Counted from the stretch's first letter, positions 45,580-55,444 are shown. The stretch is 64,000 nucleotides of DNA from Actinomycetes bacterium (GCA_021801795.1 JAJYXR010000030.1:54175-118174); one strand, 5' to 3'. The notes: generated from the letters alone by a model not told the origin. Translations and numbers: made by a program.

Positions 45580-47420
45580 GCGACAGAGCAGGCCTGCAGG
45601 GCTCCGACAGGGACCGCAGAGCGGGCCACCCGGATCGCTACAAGTGGATCGCTCTCACGAACACCACGGTGGGGATGGTCATGGCCACCATCGACTCCAC
45701 CATCATGCTCATCGCGCTGCCGGACATCTTCCGGGGGATACACCTGGACCCGCTGAAACCGGGCAACAGCTTCTACCTGCTCTGGATGATCCTCAGCTTC
45801 CTCGTCGTGAGCAGCGTGCTGGTGGTCAGCCTCGGTCGTCTGGGCGACATATACGGCAGGGTGAGGATGTACAACCTGGGCTTCCTCATCTACACCATCG
45901 CGTCCCTGCTGCTCGCCGTCACCTGGATGACCGGTGCATCTGGCGCCACATACCTGGTGCTCATGCGCGTGGTCCAGGGCGTCGGAGCTGCCTTCCTCAT
46001 CGCGAACTCCGCGGCCATACTCACCGACGCGTTCCCCCCCGACCAACGGGGTCTGGCACTGGGCATAAACAACGTCGCCGGCATCAGCGGATCCTTCATC
46101 GGCCTCATCCTCGGAGGAGTGCTCGGCCCGATCGACTGGAGGCTGGTCTTCCTCGTCTCCGTGCCATTCGGGGTCATCGGCACGATCTGGGCCTACGTGA
46201 AGCTCGAGGAGCACGGCACACGACGTCCTGCCCCGATCGACTGGTGGGGGAACCTGGCCTTCGCGCTCGGCCTCATATCGCTGATGATCGGCATCACCTA
46301 CGGGATCGAGCCCTACCGGTCCGAGACCATGGGCTGGACGAGCCCCACGGTGCTGGCCGAGCTCGGAGCCGGCGTGGTGCTGCTCGCCATATTCGGGTGG
46401 ATAGAGACCAAGGTGGACAACCCGATGTTCCGCCTTCCGCTGTTCCGGATCAGAGCCTTCAGTGCAGGGGTGATGTCCAGTTTCCTGGCTGCCATCGGGC
46501 GAGGTGGGCTCATGTTCATGCTGATCATCTGGCTCCAGGGGATATGGCTCCCCGAACACGGCTACAGCTTCGCCTCGACGCCGCTCTGGGCCGGGATCTT
46601 CATGCTGCCGCTCACCTTCGGATTCCTGCTGGCCGGCCCTACCTCGGGTATCCTCTCCGATCGCTACGGCTCCCGTCCCTTCGCCAGCGGCGGGATGCTC
46701 ATGGCAGCCCTCACCTTCGGCCTCCTGGAGCTCCTGCCGATCGACTTTCCCTACCCGGCCTTCGCGGTGATCCTGTTCGTGAACGGCCTCGCGATGGGGG
46801 CATTCGCCTCTCCTAACCGCGCGGGGGTGATGAACAGCCTCCCACCGGAACATCGCGGAGCAGGGAGCGGCATGAACTCCACCTTCCAGAACTCCGCTCA
46901 GGTGCTCTCGATCGGCATCTTCTTCACCCTCGTGATCATCGGCCTCTCCTCTACCCTTCCCTCGCACCTCACTGCCGGGCTCATCCGCGAAGGGGTCCCA
47001 CGGGCAGCGGCCATACGGGCCGGTGACCTTCCTCCGGTCTCCACCCTCTTCGCCGCCTTCCTCGGCTACAACCCTCTCCAGCACCTCCTCGGCTCCACGG
47101 TGCTCGCACACCTGCCCCAGGCGAAGCTGGCGGTGCTCGAGGGCAGGGGATTCTTCCCCAGGCTCATCGCCATCCCATTCCGCGGCGGCCTGCACGAGGC
47201 CTTCGACTTCGCAGTCGCAGCCTGCCTGATCGCTGCAGCAGCCTCCTGGTCCCGAGGCAAACGCTTCGTCTACGGCACTGCTCGGGCCGATGACGCCGAC
47301 GACGCCGACGACGCCGACGACGGCGACGACGGCGCTCCTGGGGAGCAAGCGGTTCCGTCACGAGCCACCAGCGCCGCGCCAGTCCCCCCAGACAGCACCT
47401 CGCGAGACGCGCGAGCATAG
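45576..47420 (+). CDS. MFS transporter, tandem paralogue of the upstream gene
   Basis: Same motifs throughout (YKWIAL.NTT, GRLGDIYGRV, LQGIWLP.HGYSF); ATGA overlap with the upstream gene. Confidence 0.9.
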   Translation: MSDRAGLQGSDRDRRAGHPDRYKWIALTNTTVGMVMATIDSTIMLIALPDIFRGIHLDPLKPGNSFYLLWMILSFLVVSSVLVVSLGRLGDIYGRVRMYNLGFLIYTIASLLLAVTWMTGASGATYLVLMRVVQGVGAAFLIANSAAILTDAFPPDQRGLALGINNVAGISGSFIGLILGGVLGPIDWRLVFLVSVPFGVIGTIWAYVKLEEHGTRRPAPIDWWGNLAFALGLISLMIGITYGIEPYRSETMGWTSPTVLAELGAGVVLLAIFGWIETKVDNPMFRLPLFRIRAFSAGVMSSFLAAIGRGGLMFMLIIWLQGIWLPEHGYSFASTPLWAGIFMLPLTFGFLLAGPTSGILSDRYGSRPFASGGMLMAALTFGLLELLPIDFPYPAFAVILFVNGLAMGAFASPNRAGVMNSLPPEHRGAGSGMNSTFQNSAQVLSIGIFFTLVIIGLSSTLPSHLTAGLIREGVPRAAAIRAGDLPPVSTLFAAFLGYNPLQHLLGSTVLAHLPQAKLAVLEGRGFFPRLIAIPFRGGLHEAFDFAVAACLIAAAASWSRGKRFVYGTARADDADDADDADDGDDGAPGEQAVPSRATSAAPVPPDSTSRDARA

Positions 47421-47424
47421 GTGC

Positions 47425-48972
47425 GTGGAAGACCGCACCGACCCCGATGAGCGCGTCGAAGCCCAGCGCGCGCGAGCGCGCGCTGGGGGCACGCCGGAGC
47501 GGAAGGCTGAGCTCACCTCCAGGGGCAAGGGACTTGCCCGTGACCGCCTGGCAGCGTTGCTCGATCCGGGATTCGTCATAGAGGACTGGCTACTGGCCCG
47601 CCACGACACTCCCGGGCTTCCCGCCGACGGCGTGGCCACCGTCGTCGGCAAGATAGCCGGTCGGGACGTCTGCGTGATGGCCAACGACATGTCCGTGAAG
47701 GCCGGCACCTGGGGAGTGAAGACCGTCGAGAAGATCCAGCGCATCCAGCAGGTCGCGCTCGATTACCGCATCCCCATCGTCTACCTCGTGGATTCTGGCG
47801 GAGCCAGGATCGACGAGCAGTACGGGATGTTCCTGGACAGACGCCATTCGGGGAGGATCTTCTGGAACATGGCACGTATGAATGGGGTGGTCCCCCAGGT
47901 CTGCGTGAACTTCGGACCCTCCCCTGCCGGCGCTGCCTACCTGCCCGCATTCTGCGACTTCGTGGCGATGATCGAAGGGCAGACCAGTGTCTACCTGGGC
48001 TCGCCCCGCCAGGCCGAGGCGGCTACGGGGGAGAAGGTCGACCACGAGGAGATGGGTGGTGCCCGTATGCACTGCACGGTGAGCGGGCTCGGGGACATGC
48101 TGGTCTCCAGTGAGACCGAAGCCCTCGACGCGGTGAGGTCCTTCCTCTCCTACCTGCCCCAGAGCTGGGAGGGGACCCCACCGGATGCAGCCCCCAGGCC
48201 TGCCGCAGGCCGGGAGCCGATCTCCGAGATAGTCCCCGACGATCAGCGCAAGCCTTTCGACATGCGCCTCGTGATCGAAGCCATCGTCGACGAAGGCAGT
48301 TTCTTCGAGATCAAGCGTGAGTTCGCGGCAGAGATCCTCACGGGACTGGCTCGCATAGAGGGCATGCCCCTGGGCGTGGTAGCGAACCAGTCCGCGGTGC
48401 GAGGTGGCATCCTCACCCAGAACTCGGCCGAGAAGGCCGCCCAGTTCATCTCCACCTGCACCGCCTACGCCCTGCCCCTGGTGTTCCTCATGGACGTGCC
48501 TGGGTTCATGATCGGCAGCACCTACGAGAGGGCTGCGATCATCCGGCGTGGCCAGAAGATGCTCCAGGCCGTGGCAGAGGCAGTTCAGCCCCGCATCTGC
48601 GTCATCGTGAGGAAGGGCTACGGGGCAGGATACATGGCCATGTCTGGAGCGACCTTCCAGCCGGACTGCACCATCGCGCTCCCCCAGGCCAAGCTCGGTC
48701 TCATGGGCCCAGAGGCTGCCATACAGGCCATCTACGGGAGGAAGATCGAGGAGCTGGACCCCGACGAGCGGGCCGGCTTCGTAGCGTCGAAGCGTGACGA
48801 GTACGAACGCGACATCGGGGTATGGGGCCCGGCCGCGGAGATGTTCGTCGACGACATCGTCCCCGGCCACGAGCTCCGGAGCCAGCTGGCCCGCAGGCTC
48901 GCCCTGTACCGCTCCTCTCCTGCCAGACCCAAGGTGCTCATAGAGCGCCGCAGCCATGTGATGCGCGGATGA
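47425..48972 (+). CDS. Acyl-CoA carboxylase carboxyltransferase subunit (YngE/MccB-like)
   Basis: ANDMSVKAGTWG, DSGGARI, AGAAY.PAF, EEMGGA.MH, DVPGFMIG, RKGYGAG. Confidence 0.88.
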   Translation: MEDRTDPDERVEAQRARARAGGTPERKAELTSRGKGLARDRLAALLDPGFVIEDWLLARHDTPGLPADGVATVVGKIAGRDVCVMANDMSVKAGTWGVKTVEKIQRIQQVALDYRIPIVYLVDSGGARIDEQYGMFLDRRHSGRIFWNMARMNGVVPQVCVNFGPSPAGAAYLPAFCDFVAMIEGQTSVYLGSPRQAEAATGEKVDHEEMGGARMHCTVSGLGDMLVSSETEALDAVRSFLSYLPQSWEGTPPDAAPRPAAGREPISEIVPDDQRKPFDMRLVIEAIVDEGSFFEIKREFAAEILTGLARIEGMPLGVVANQSAVRGGILTQNSAEKAAQFISTCTAYALPLVFLMDVPGFMIGSTYERAAIIRRGQKMLQAVAEAVQPRICVIVRKGYGAGYMAMSGATFQPDCTIALPQAKLGLMGPEAAIQAIYGRKIEELDPDERAGFVASKRDEYERDIGVWGPAAEMFVDDIVPGHELRSQLARRLALYRSSPARPKVLIERRSHVMRG

Positions 48973-49024
48973 GGACGCCTGCGTGCCTGCCCGGGCTGCT
49001 CGATCCGAAGGGTCGACCAGGAGG

Positions 49025-49789
49025 GTGAACGCGCCCGTCGACTACAGGATCGAAGGTTCGGTCGCGGTGATAACGATGAACGATCCAGACCGGCGCAATG
49101 CCCTTTCCCAGCCCATGCGCTCCGGACTCCGCCAGGCATTCGAGCGCTTCGCCGCGGATGGGGAGGCTCTCGTGGGCATCCTGACCGGCGCTGGTGAACG
49201 AGCATTCTGCGCCGGCGGCGACCTAGCGGAGATGTCGGAGCACCAGTACAGGGCTCCCGGACCTGACCACGTCGCCATCATCGGAAGGAACATCGAGACC
49301 GACAAGGTCCTGGTGGCCGCAGTGAACGGCCTCGCCCTGGGCGGCGGCTTCATGATGGCCCAGATGGCCGACCTGGTGGTGGCCGCGCAGCACGCTGTCT
49401 TCGGCATGCCAGAGGCGCGCTGGGGGCGCGGCGCGCCCTGGTCGGTTCCGCTCGCCCACATGGTCCCCCAGCGGATATGGATGGAGCTGGCTGTGCTCGG
49501 CCAGCCGATATCCGCCCAACGGGCCTACGAGGTGGGTCTCGTGAACAGGGTGGTCACCTCAGATCAGCTCATGGACACCGCCATGGACATGGCACGCACG
49601 GTGGCCGCGAATGCCCCGCTCACGGTGAGGGCTTCCAGGCGCATGATCCGCCTGGCCGGCGACCTCGGGCTGAGCGAGGCCTGGGACGCCGCCGACGAGC
49701 TGTTCGTGGAAGTCTACGAGAGCGAGGACGCCCAGGAGGGTCCCAGGTCCTTCGTGGAGAAGCGGCCCGCGCACTGGAAGGGCCGATGA
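49025..49789 (+). CDS. Crotonase (enoyl-CoA hydratase/isomerase) family protein
   Basis: RRNALS, AFCAGGDL, AAVNG.ALGGG, FGMPE, SEDAQEG..SFVEKR. Confidence 0.9.
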   Translation: MNAPVDYRIEGSVAVITMNDPDRRNALSQPMRSGLRQAFERFAADGEALVGILTGAGERAFCAGGDLAEMSEHQYRAPGPDHVAIIGRNIETDKVLVAAVNGLALGGGFMMAQMADLVVAAQHAVFGMPEARWGRGAPWSVPLAHMVPQRIWMELAVLGQPISAQRAYEVGLVNRVVTSDQLMDTAMDMARTVAANAPLTVRASRRMIRLAGDLGLSEAWDAADELFVEVYESEDAQEGPRSFVEKRPAHWKGR

Positions 49790-51051
49790 GATCGCAGGAG
49801 CAGGGGCAGGGGCAGGGGCAGGGGCAGGGGCAGGGGCAGGGGCAGGGGCAGGGGCCAGATCCCGGCGCTGCGCTCGCGGGCCTGAAGGTCCTGGAGCTGG
49901 CTCATGTGATCGCAGGCCCCATGGCAGGCACCCTGCTGGCCGACCTCGGAGCCGACGTGGTGCACGTGGAGCCACCTGGCACCGGGGACACCCACCGCGG
50001 GATGGGACCGAAGAAGGACTCTGTGGCCCTCTGGTGGAAGGTGGCCGCCAGGAACAAGAGATCCGTGACGCTGGACCTGCGCTCCGCCAGGGGCCGGGAG
50101 GTCGCGATGGAGCTGGTCGGCTGGGCCGACGTGGTGATAACGAACCTCCGCTACCGGACGCTCAGGGAATGGGGACTCGACTGGGACTCCCTGCATGCCA
50201 GGTTTCCGCGACTGGTCTACTGCCAGGTCTCGGGGTTCGGTGCGAACACCACGCTCAGGGACGCACCGGGATTCGGCAAGGTGGGCGAAGCCCGCAGCGG
50301 AGTAGTGCACGTCACCGGCTTCCCCGACACGCCACCGGTCCACACCGGCTTCTCACACGGGGACAGCGTGACCGCCCTGATGGCCGCGTTCGCCATATCG
50401 GCCGTGCTCCACCGGCGGGACACCGACCCCGAGTTCGATGGGGAGTGGATAGACCTGGCCCTGTTCGAGAGCCTCTACCGGCTGCTCGAATGGCAGGTGA
50501 TAGTCCACGACCAGCTCGGCACCATACCCGAGCGTGCGGGCAACCGCCTGGCCGTGGCTCCGGCTGCGGTGATCAACACCTACCAGTCGTCCGACGGCAC
50601 CTGGATCACCGTGACCTCCGCGACGCTGCGCTCGGTGCAGAACATCGCTGCCCTTCTCGGTCTGGCGCGAGACGACTACTCGACCCTCGAGGATCAGCTC
50701 GCGCGCCGGGACCTGCTGGACGAGAAGCTCCGCACCTGGATTGGCGCCCACAGCGCCGAGCAGTGCATGGAGGCCATGGCGCGAGCCGAGGTGGTCGCGT
50801 CGCCGATCTTCAGCGTCGCCGACATCATGGCAGATCCCACATACGCGGAACGTGAGGACGTGGTCACAGTGGACGACGACGAGCTGGGCCCGGTCCGCAT
50901 GCAGGCAGTCGTGCCGAGGCTCGCGGAGCACCCCGGGAGCATATGGAGAGCCGGACCGTCGCTCGGGGCGGATAACGACCTCGTCTACGGCCAGTGGCTG
51001 TCCATGGACCCCGAACGGATCGCCGCGCTCAGAGAGGAGGGGGTCATCTGA
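49786..51051 (+). CDS. CaiB/BaiF class III CoA-transferase
   Basis: AGP.AG.LLADLGADV.HVEPP..GD, RNKRSVTLDL, SGFG, catalytic Asp in HGDS. Confidence 0.9.
   Translation: MRSQEQGQGQGQGQGQGQGQGQGPDPGAALAGLKVLELAHVIAGPMAGTLLADLGADVVHVEPPGTGDTHRGMGPKKDSVALWWKVAARNKRSVTLDLRSARGREVAMELVGWADVVITNLRYRTLREWGLDWDSLHARFPRLVYCQVSGFGANTTLRDAPGFGKVGEARSGVVHVTGFPDTPPVHTGFSHGDSVTALMAAFAISAVLHRRDTDPEFDGEWIDLALFESLYRLLEWQVIVHDQLGTIPERAGNRLAVAPAAVINTYQSSDGTWITVTSATLRSVQNIAALLGLARDDYSTLEDQLARRDLLDEKLRTWIGAHSAEQCMEAMARAEVVASPIFSVADIMADPTYAEREDVVTVDDDELGPVRMQAVVPRLAEHPGSIWRAGPSLGADNDLVYGQWLSMDPERIAALREEGVI
49801..49854. repeat. Hexanucleotide microsatellite (CAGGGG)9 encoding (QG)9
   Basis: Read directly. Confidence 0.97.
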
Positions 51052-51929
51052 TGCCCGGAGCCGGCCGCGGGGCCTACGGGAACATACGGAGCATCCTGGA
51101 ATCGCCCATCCTCGATGCCCACCGGTGGGGCAAGGTGCCGGCTATCCCCGCAGACGCGGTGCTGCTCGACATGGAGGACTCCGTGCCATCGGCAGCGAAG
51201 GACGAGGCCCGGGACGAGGTCATGCGGTGGCTCGCGAATCCCGAGGCGTTGGGAAGAAAGCTGGCCCTTCCCAGGTGCAACTCCCTCCGCAGCCCCTGGG
51301 GAGAGGACGACCTGAGAGCCTTGGGCGTGGCGCGGGCGCCAGTCGTCGTCTACCCGAAACTCCACGACCTGGCGGAGCTGACCGATGCGCGGGCTCTGCT
51401 GAACGCCTCGGGATCAGACCCCGACATGTTCGTGATAGTGGAGACCGCTCAGGCTGTGGTGGAGCTGGAGAGCATCGCGCGCTCCGAGAAGGTGGCAGCC
51501 CTCATGTTCGGCCCAGCCGACCTGGGCGAGGACGCTGGCTTCGAGCTGGCCGAGAAACCCGCCTACCACTACCCGCGCTCGAAGATAGTGCTCTGCGGTG
51601 CCGCCTACGGGCTGCCCGCCTTCGACATGGTGTTCGTAGACGACCTCCGTGATCTCGACGCGGTGAGGAACTGCGCCATGAGCGCTCGGCGACAGGGCTT
51701 CAGGGGAATGGCGACCTTCTACCCTCCCCACGTCGAGGTCATAAACGACGTCTTCACCCCAGGGGAGCAGGAGGTCCTGGCCGCCAGGAAAGTGGTCGAC
51801 GCGTACGAGGAGGCACTCGAGGCAGGGCAGGCTGCCGTCTCCATCGACGGCCGGGCACTCATCGTCCAGGACTACAAGAACGCCCTGCAGGTCCTGGCCA
51901 GGGCCCCCAGGGACCCTGGGTCTGGCTGA
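51051..51929 (+). CDS. CitE/HpcH-type acyl-CoA C-C lyase family
   Basis: ADAVLLDMEDSV, PRCN, IVET, FGPADL, GFRG, VINDVFTP. Confidence 0.85.
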   Translation: MPGAGRGAYGNIRSILESPILDAHRWGKVPAIPADAVLLDMEDSVPSAAKDEARDEVMRWLANPEALGRKLALPRCNSLRSPWGEDDLRALGVARAPVVVYPKLHDLAELTDARALLNASGSDPDMFVIVETAQAVVELESIARSEKVAALMFGPADLGEDAGFELAEKPAYHYPRSKIVLCGAAYGLPAFDMVFVDDLRDLDAVRNCAMSARRQGFRGMATFYPPHVEVINDVFTPGEQEVLAARKVVDAYEEALEAGQAAVSIDGRALIVQDYKNALQVLARAPRDPGSG

Positions 51930-51957
51930 TCACCCAGCACAGAGCGGCCCAGGACGC

Positions 51958-52179
51958 TCAGCTCTCTATGACCACCACCACGTCGCCCTCCCCTACCGCG
52001 TCGCCCTCGGCCACCCTCACCTCGCTCACGGTCCCGCCACAGGGTGACCAGAGCGGTATCTCCATCTTCATCGACTCCATCACCAGCAGCTCCTGGCCCG
52101 AGTCGACGCTGTCCCCAGGAGCTACCCTGACCTTCCAGATAGAACCCGTCACCTCGGAGGCTACGTTAGTGGTAGGCAT
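51958..52179 (-). CDS. Stand-alone biotin carboxyl carrier protein
   Basis: 73 aa with ESMKMEIP biotinylation motif; GAGGAG RBS. Confidence 0.88.
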   Translation of the reverse strand: MPTTNVASEVTGSIWKVRVAPGDSVDSGQELLVMESMKMEIPLWSPCGGTVSEVRVAEGDAVGEGDVVVVIES

Positions 52180-52251
52180 GATGGCTGGCTCCTCCTCTTA
52201 TATGTGGTTCCGGCCCTGCTGGCTGGGTGCCTGGCCGCGTACCCGACGACC

Positions 52252-52533
52252 ATGACCGCCAGGGGCAAACCTACAGCGACAGAGGGCTACCTGAGCGTTC
52301 ACGTGATCCCGAACCAGCGGGTGAGCCGTATGGACGGTGTCGAGGGATCTACCTTGAGGGTCCGCATAGCTGCCAAGGCAGTCGACTCGCGAGCCAACGA
52401 CGAGCTGGTGAGGTTCATAGCCAAGACTCTCGGCGTGCGGCGGAGCCAGGTGGAGATAGTCGCTGGCGCGTCAGGCCGTCGCAAGATACTCCACGTACAG
52501 GGAGCCGACCCGACCAGCCTCATTCCTCGCTGA
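52252..52533 (+). CDS. DUF167/YggU family protein
   Basis: VHVIPN...LRVRIAAKAVDSRANDEL...LGV..SQVEIVAG.SGR.K. Confidence 0.8.
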   Translation: MTARGKPTATEGYLSVHVIPNQRVSRMDGVEGSTLRVRIAAKAVDSRANDELVRFIAKTLGVRRSQVEIVAGASGRRKILHVQGADPTSLIPR

Positions 52534-53653
52534 GAGCGCCTGCCAGGTCGGCTACGGTCTCCACGTACTCCTCGACCATCTCGGCCATCACCTGGCGTGC
52601 GGGCTTTATGGAGTCGAGGGAGCCTACGACCTGGCCGACGAAGTAGTTCGCCAGCTCCTTGGCACCCTCGTTGCCTGCGGCAGCAGCCCTGTCGATGCGC
52701 TGGACCGCCTCTTCGACGAGAAGAGGCTGGAGCGGCATCGGCAGGGTCCCAGGCGACTCGGGGGATTCCCAGGCGTCGGTCCAGGCACTGCGGAGCTGGC
52801 GTGCCGGCTTGCCGGTGCGGGACTTCGAGCGCACGGTGTCCCGCGAGGAAGCCTCCAGGAGCTTCTGCTTCACCACCGGATGTGTCTCGGCTTCCTCTGT
52901 CGTCAGCCACACCGACCCCGTCCAGACGCCCTGGGCGCCCAGTGCCATCGCAGCCGCCATCTGGCGACCCGAGGCTATCCCTCCCGCAGCGAGCACCGGG
53001 AGTGGTGCAACGGCCTTCACCACCTCGGGGACCAGCACCATGGTGCCGATCTCACCGGTGTGACCGCCCGCCTCGGTGCCTTGGGCCACGATTATGTCCA
53101 CGCCTGCTTCCCGCTGGCGCAACGCATGCTCCTTCGTGCCAGCCAGCGCGGCGACCAGTACCCCATGCTCGTGCGCGGCCGTGACCAGCTTCGCCGGCGG
53201 GGGACCGAGAGCACTGGCAATGAGCTTTATGGGATGCTCGAAGGCAACGTCCGCGAGCGTCGTCGGCAGCACCAGCCCACCGAGACCGGGACGGTCGGAG
53301 CGGTCCAGCTCCTCCGCGAGCTTCGGGACCCCGTAGCGATCCAGCAGATCGTCCAGGAATCGACGCTGTGGCTCGGGCAGCAGGTCATTTACGTTTATGT
53401 CCTTCAGGACGCTCGGGTCGAGGTCGCCCAGACCGCCAATGCTCGCCGGGATGAGCAGGTCTACGCCGTAGGGCTTGTCGCCTATCTGGTCCTCGATCCA
53501 CCGCAGCTCTATGTCGAGCTCCTCGGGGGTGTAGGTGACAGCTCCGAGCACCCCCATGCCTCCAGCCTTCGACACTGCAGCCACCACGTCCCGGCAGTGG
53601 CTGAAGGCCAGCACCGGGTACTCGATGCCAAGCAGTTCACATATCGTCTGCAT
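52520..53653 (-). CDS. Nitronate monooxygenase / FMN-dependent enoyl reductase-like family
   Basis: AFSHCRDVVAAVS.AGG.GVLG, AQGTEAGGHTG, LAAGGI.SG, GVWTGS.WL. Confidence 0.88.
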   Translation of the reverse strand: MQTICELLGIEYPVLAFSHCRDVVAAVSKAGGMGVLGAVTYTPEELDIELRWIEDQIGDKPYGVDLLIPASIGGLGDLDPSVLKDINVNDLLPEPQRRFLDDLLDRYGVPKLAEELDRSDRPGLGGLVLPTTLADVAFEHPIKLIASALGPPPAKLVTAAHEHGVLVAALAGTKEHALRQREAGVDIIVAQGTEAGGHTGEIGTMVLVPEVVKAVAPLPVLAAGGIASGRQMAAAMALGAQGVWTGSVWLTTEEAETHPVVKQKLLEASSRDTVRSKSRTGKPARQLRSAWTDAWESPESPGTLPMPLQPLLVEEAVQRIDRAAAAGNEGAKELANYFVGQVVGSLDSIKPARQVMAEMVEEYVETVADLAGALSEE

Positions 53654-53763
53654 CAGGGCTCCCCCCTCGTCTGCCGCGCCGTCGGGCCGGCAACGCGCAG
53701 GCTAGCGAATGAGACCTCGCACCTGCGAACCGGCTGCACAGAGGGCATCCGATGCGCGAGCTG

Positions 53764-54219
53764 CTACGAGAGCCCACGCCGGGCCAGGACCCGGAGTGCT
53801 TCGTCGGCATGCTTGGCCATGTTCACCTCGCTGGATATGGCAGCGAGCACCCGCCTGTCGGTGTCTATGACGAAGGTCGCCCGCCGGTTGAACAGGGGGC
53901 CAGGGCGCTTCACCCCGTAGGCGGCTGCTACCTTCCTGTCTGGGTCAGAGAGGAGTGGGTAGTCGAAGCCGTGCTTGGCCGAGAAGGCCTTCTGGCGGTC
54001 GACGGGGTCCGCACTGATGCCGAGCCGGATCGCACCGAGGTCGGCGAACTCCTTTGCCAGGTCACGAAAATGACAGCTCTCAGCCGTGCATCCTGCCGTC
54101 ATGGCCCTGGGATAGAAGAACAGCACCACCGGCCCCTTGGCCAGCTCGTCGGTGAGCGACACGATGGATCCGTCCTCGCGCTCCAGGCTGAACTCCGGAG
54201 CCAGATCTCCTTCCCTCAC
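53764..54219 (-). CDS. bcp: Peroxiredoxin BCP/PrxQ
   Basis: GDLAPEF.L, FFYPRAMTAGCTAESC.FRD, LLSD, RATFVID. Confidence 0.9.
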   Translation of the reverse strand: MREGDLAPEFSLEREDGSIVSLTDELAKGPVVLFFYPRAMTAGCTAESCHFRDLAKEFADLGAIRLGISADPVDRQKAFSAKHGFDYPLLSDPDRKVAAAYGVKRPGPLFNRRATFVIDTDRRVLAAISSEVNMAKHADEALRVLARRGLS

Positions 54220-54274
54220 CTTCGCGATCCTACACCGGCACGGCAGGCAGATCCTTCCCGGCCGGGGCAGGGAG

Positions 54275-55444
54275 CTAGCCCAGCGCTCCGAGCTCCTCAC
54301 CTAACGCCAGGGCGGCAGAGTCGATCTCCTCTGGCGTGTTGAAGAAGCCCAGGGAGAACCTGAGGGCCATCGGGCTCTCGATGGAGCGGACGATCACCCC
54401 CCTGCGCCAAAGGCGTTCCACCACCGCCTCCGGATCCACCGAGGCCAGGCGCAGGCTCACCAGGCCAGCGTGGCGCTCCGAGGTGATGACCTCGACTCCT
54501 GGTACATCGCCGAGCACGCCCATGGCTCTGTCAGCCAGGTTCTGAATACGCGCATAGGCCCAGTCCTCCCCTACCAGACCGGTGAACCACTCGAGCGCCG
54601 CCAGCTGCCCGGAGATGTCGGGCAGGTGCATCGTGCCCTGCTCGAAGCGCCTGGAGTCGGGTCTCACCAGCCAACCGCCGTAGTCGTTACAGGCCACCAT
54701 CGACCCATAGCCGGCAAAGGTGACACGGATCTGGGACAGAGACCCACGGCGGCTGTAGAGGGCTCCCGTGCCTTCGGGGCCGCAGAGCCACTTCTGGCCG
54801 GAGAGCGCGTAGAAGTCGACGCCCATGGCCGACATGTCCAGCGGGATCGCTCCGAATGCCTGTGCCCCGTCCACCAGGACCAGGACCGAGCGGGCCCTGG
54901 CCTCTGCTGCGATCTCGGCGACCGGCAGCACGTCGCCGGTGGCGTAGGAGACATGCGACAACGAGATGAGCTTGGTGCGCGCGCTCAGCTGACCGAGCAC
55001 CGCGTCCAGTGGATCCGCCCCCGAACGCAGGTCCGCGGTCTTCACCGTCACCCCGAAGCGCTCACTGGCTACCCAGAGCGGCAGCAGGCCGCCTGGATGC
55101 TCCACGTTGGTGGTGACTGCCTCGTCACCTGGGACCCAGTTCACCCCAAGGGTCACCAGGTTCATGCCCTCGGTGGTGTTATGGGTAAGAGACACCTCCT
55201 CGGGTTCGCAATGGATCATCGACGCGATCCCCCGCCTGCATGCAGCCTTTACCTCCTCGACACGATCGAAGTAGGCCCTGCCGGTCCGCGGCTCGCCGAG
55301 GTGCGCGGCGGCTGCATCTGCCACTGCCGTGGCGACTGGTCTCGGCATAGGCCCTGCGGTGCCCGTGTTCAGGTAGTTCCAGTTCGCAAGCACCGGCATC
55401 TCGGTGCGCACAGCGGCGAGCTTCGGGTCCTCTGAAAGGTCCAT
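54275..55444 (-). CDS. Class V PLP aminotransferase (cysteine lyase/desulfurase-like)
   Basis: YLNTGTAGP, NTTEG, EHP, VDGAQ, SGQKWLCGPEGTG. Confidence 0.88.
   Translation of the reverse strand: MDLSEDPKLAAVRTEMPVLANWNYLNTGTAGPMPRPVATAVADAAAAHLGEPRTGRAYFDRVEEVKAACRRGIASMIHCEPEEVSLTHNTTEGMNLVTLGVNWVPGDEAVTTNVEHPGGLLPLWVASERFGVTVKTADLRSGADPLDAVLGQLSARTKLISLSHVSYATGDVLPVAEIAAEARARSVLVLVDGAQAFGAIPLDMSAMGVDFYALSGQKWLCGPEGTGALYSRRGSLSQIRVTFAGYGSMVACNDYGGWLVRPDSRRFEQGTMHLPDISGQLAALEWFTGLVGEDWAYARIQNLADRAMGVLGDVPGVEVITSERHAGLVSLRLASVDPEAVVERLWRRGVIVRSIESPMALRFSLGFFNTPEEIDSAALALGEELGALG

Noticed and set aside
45471-48957. 625-aa and 455-aa minus-strand ORFs
   Set aside because: Antisense shadows of the MFS and carboxyltransferase genes.
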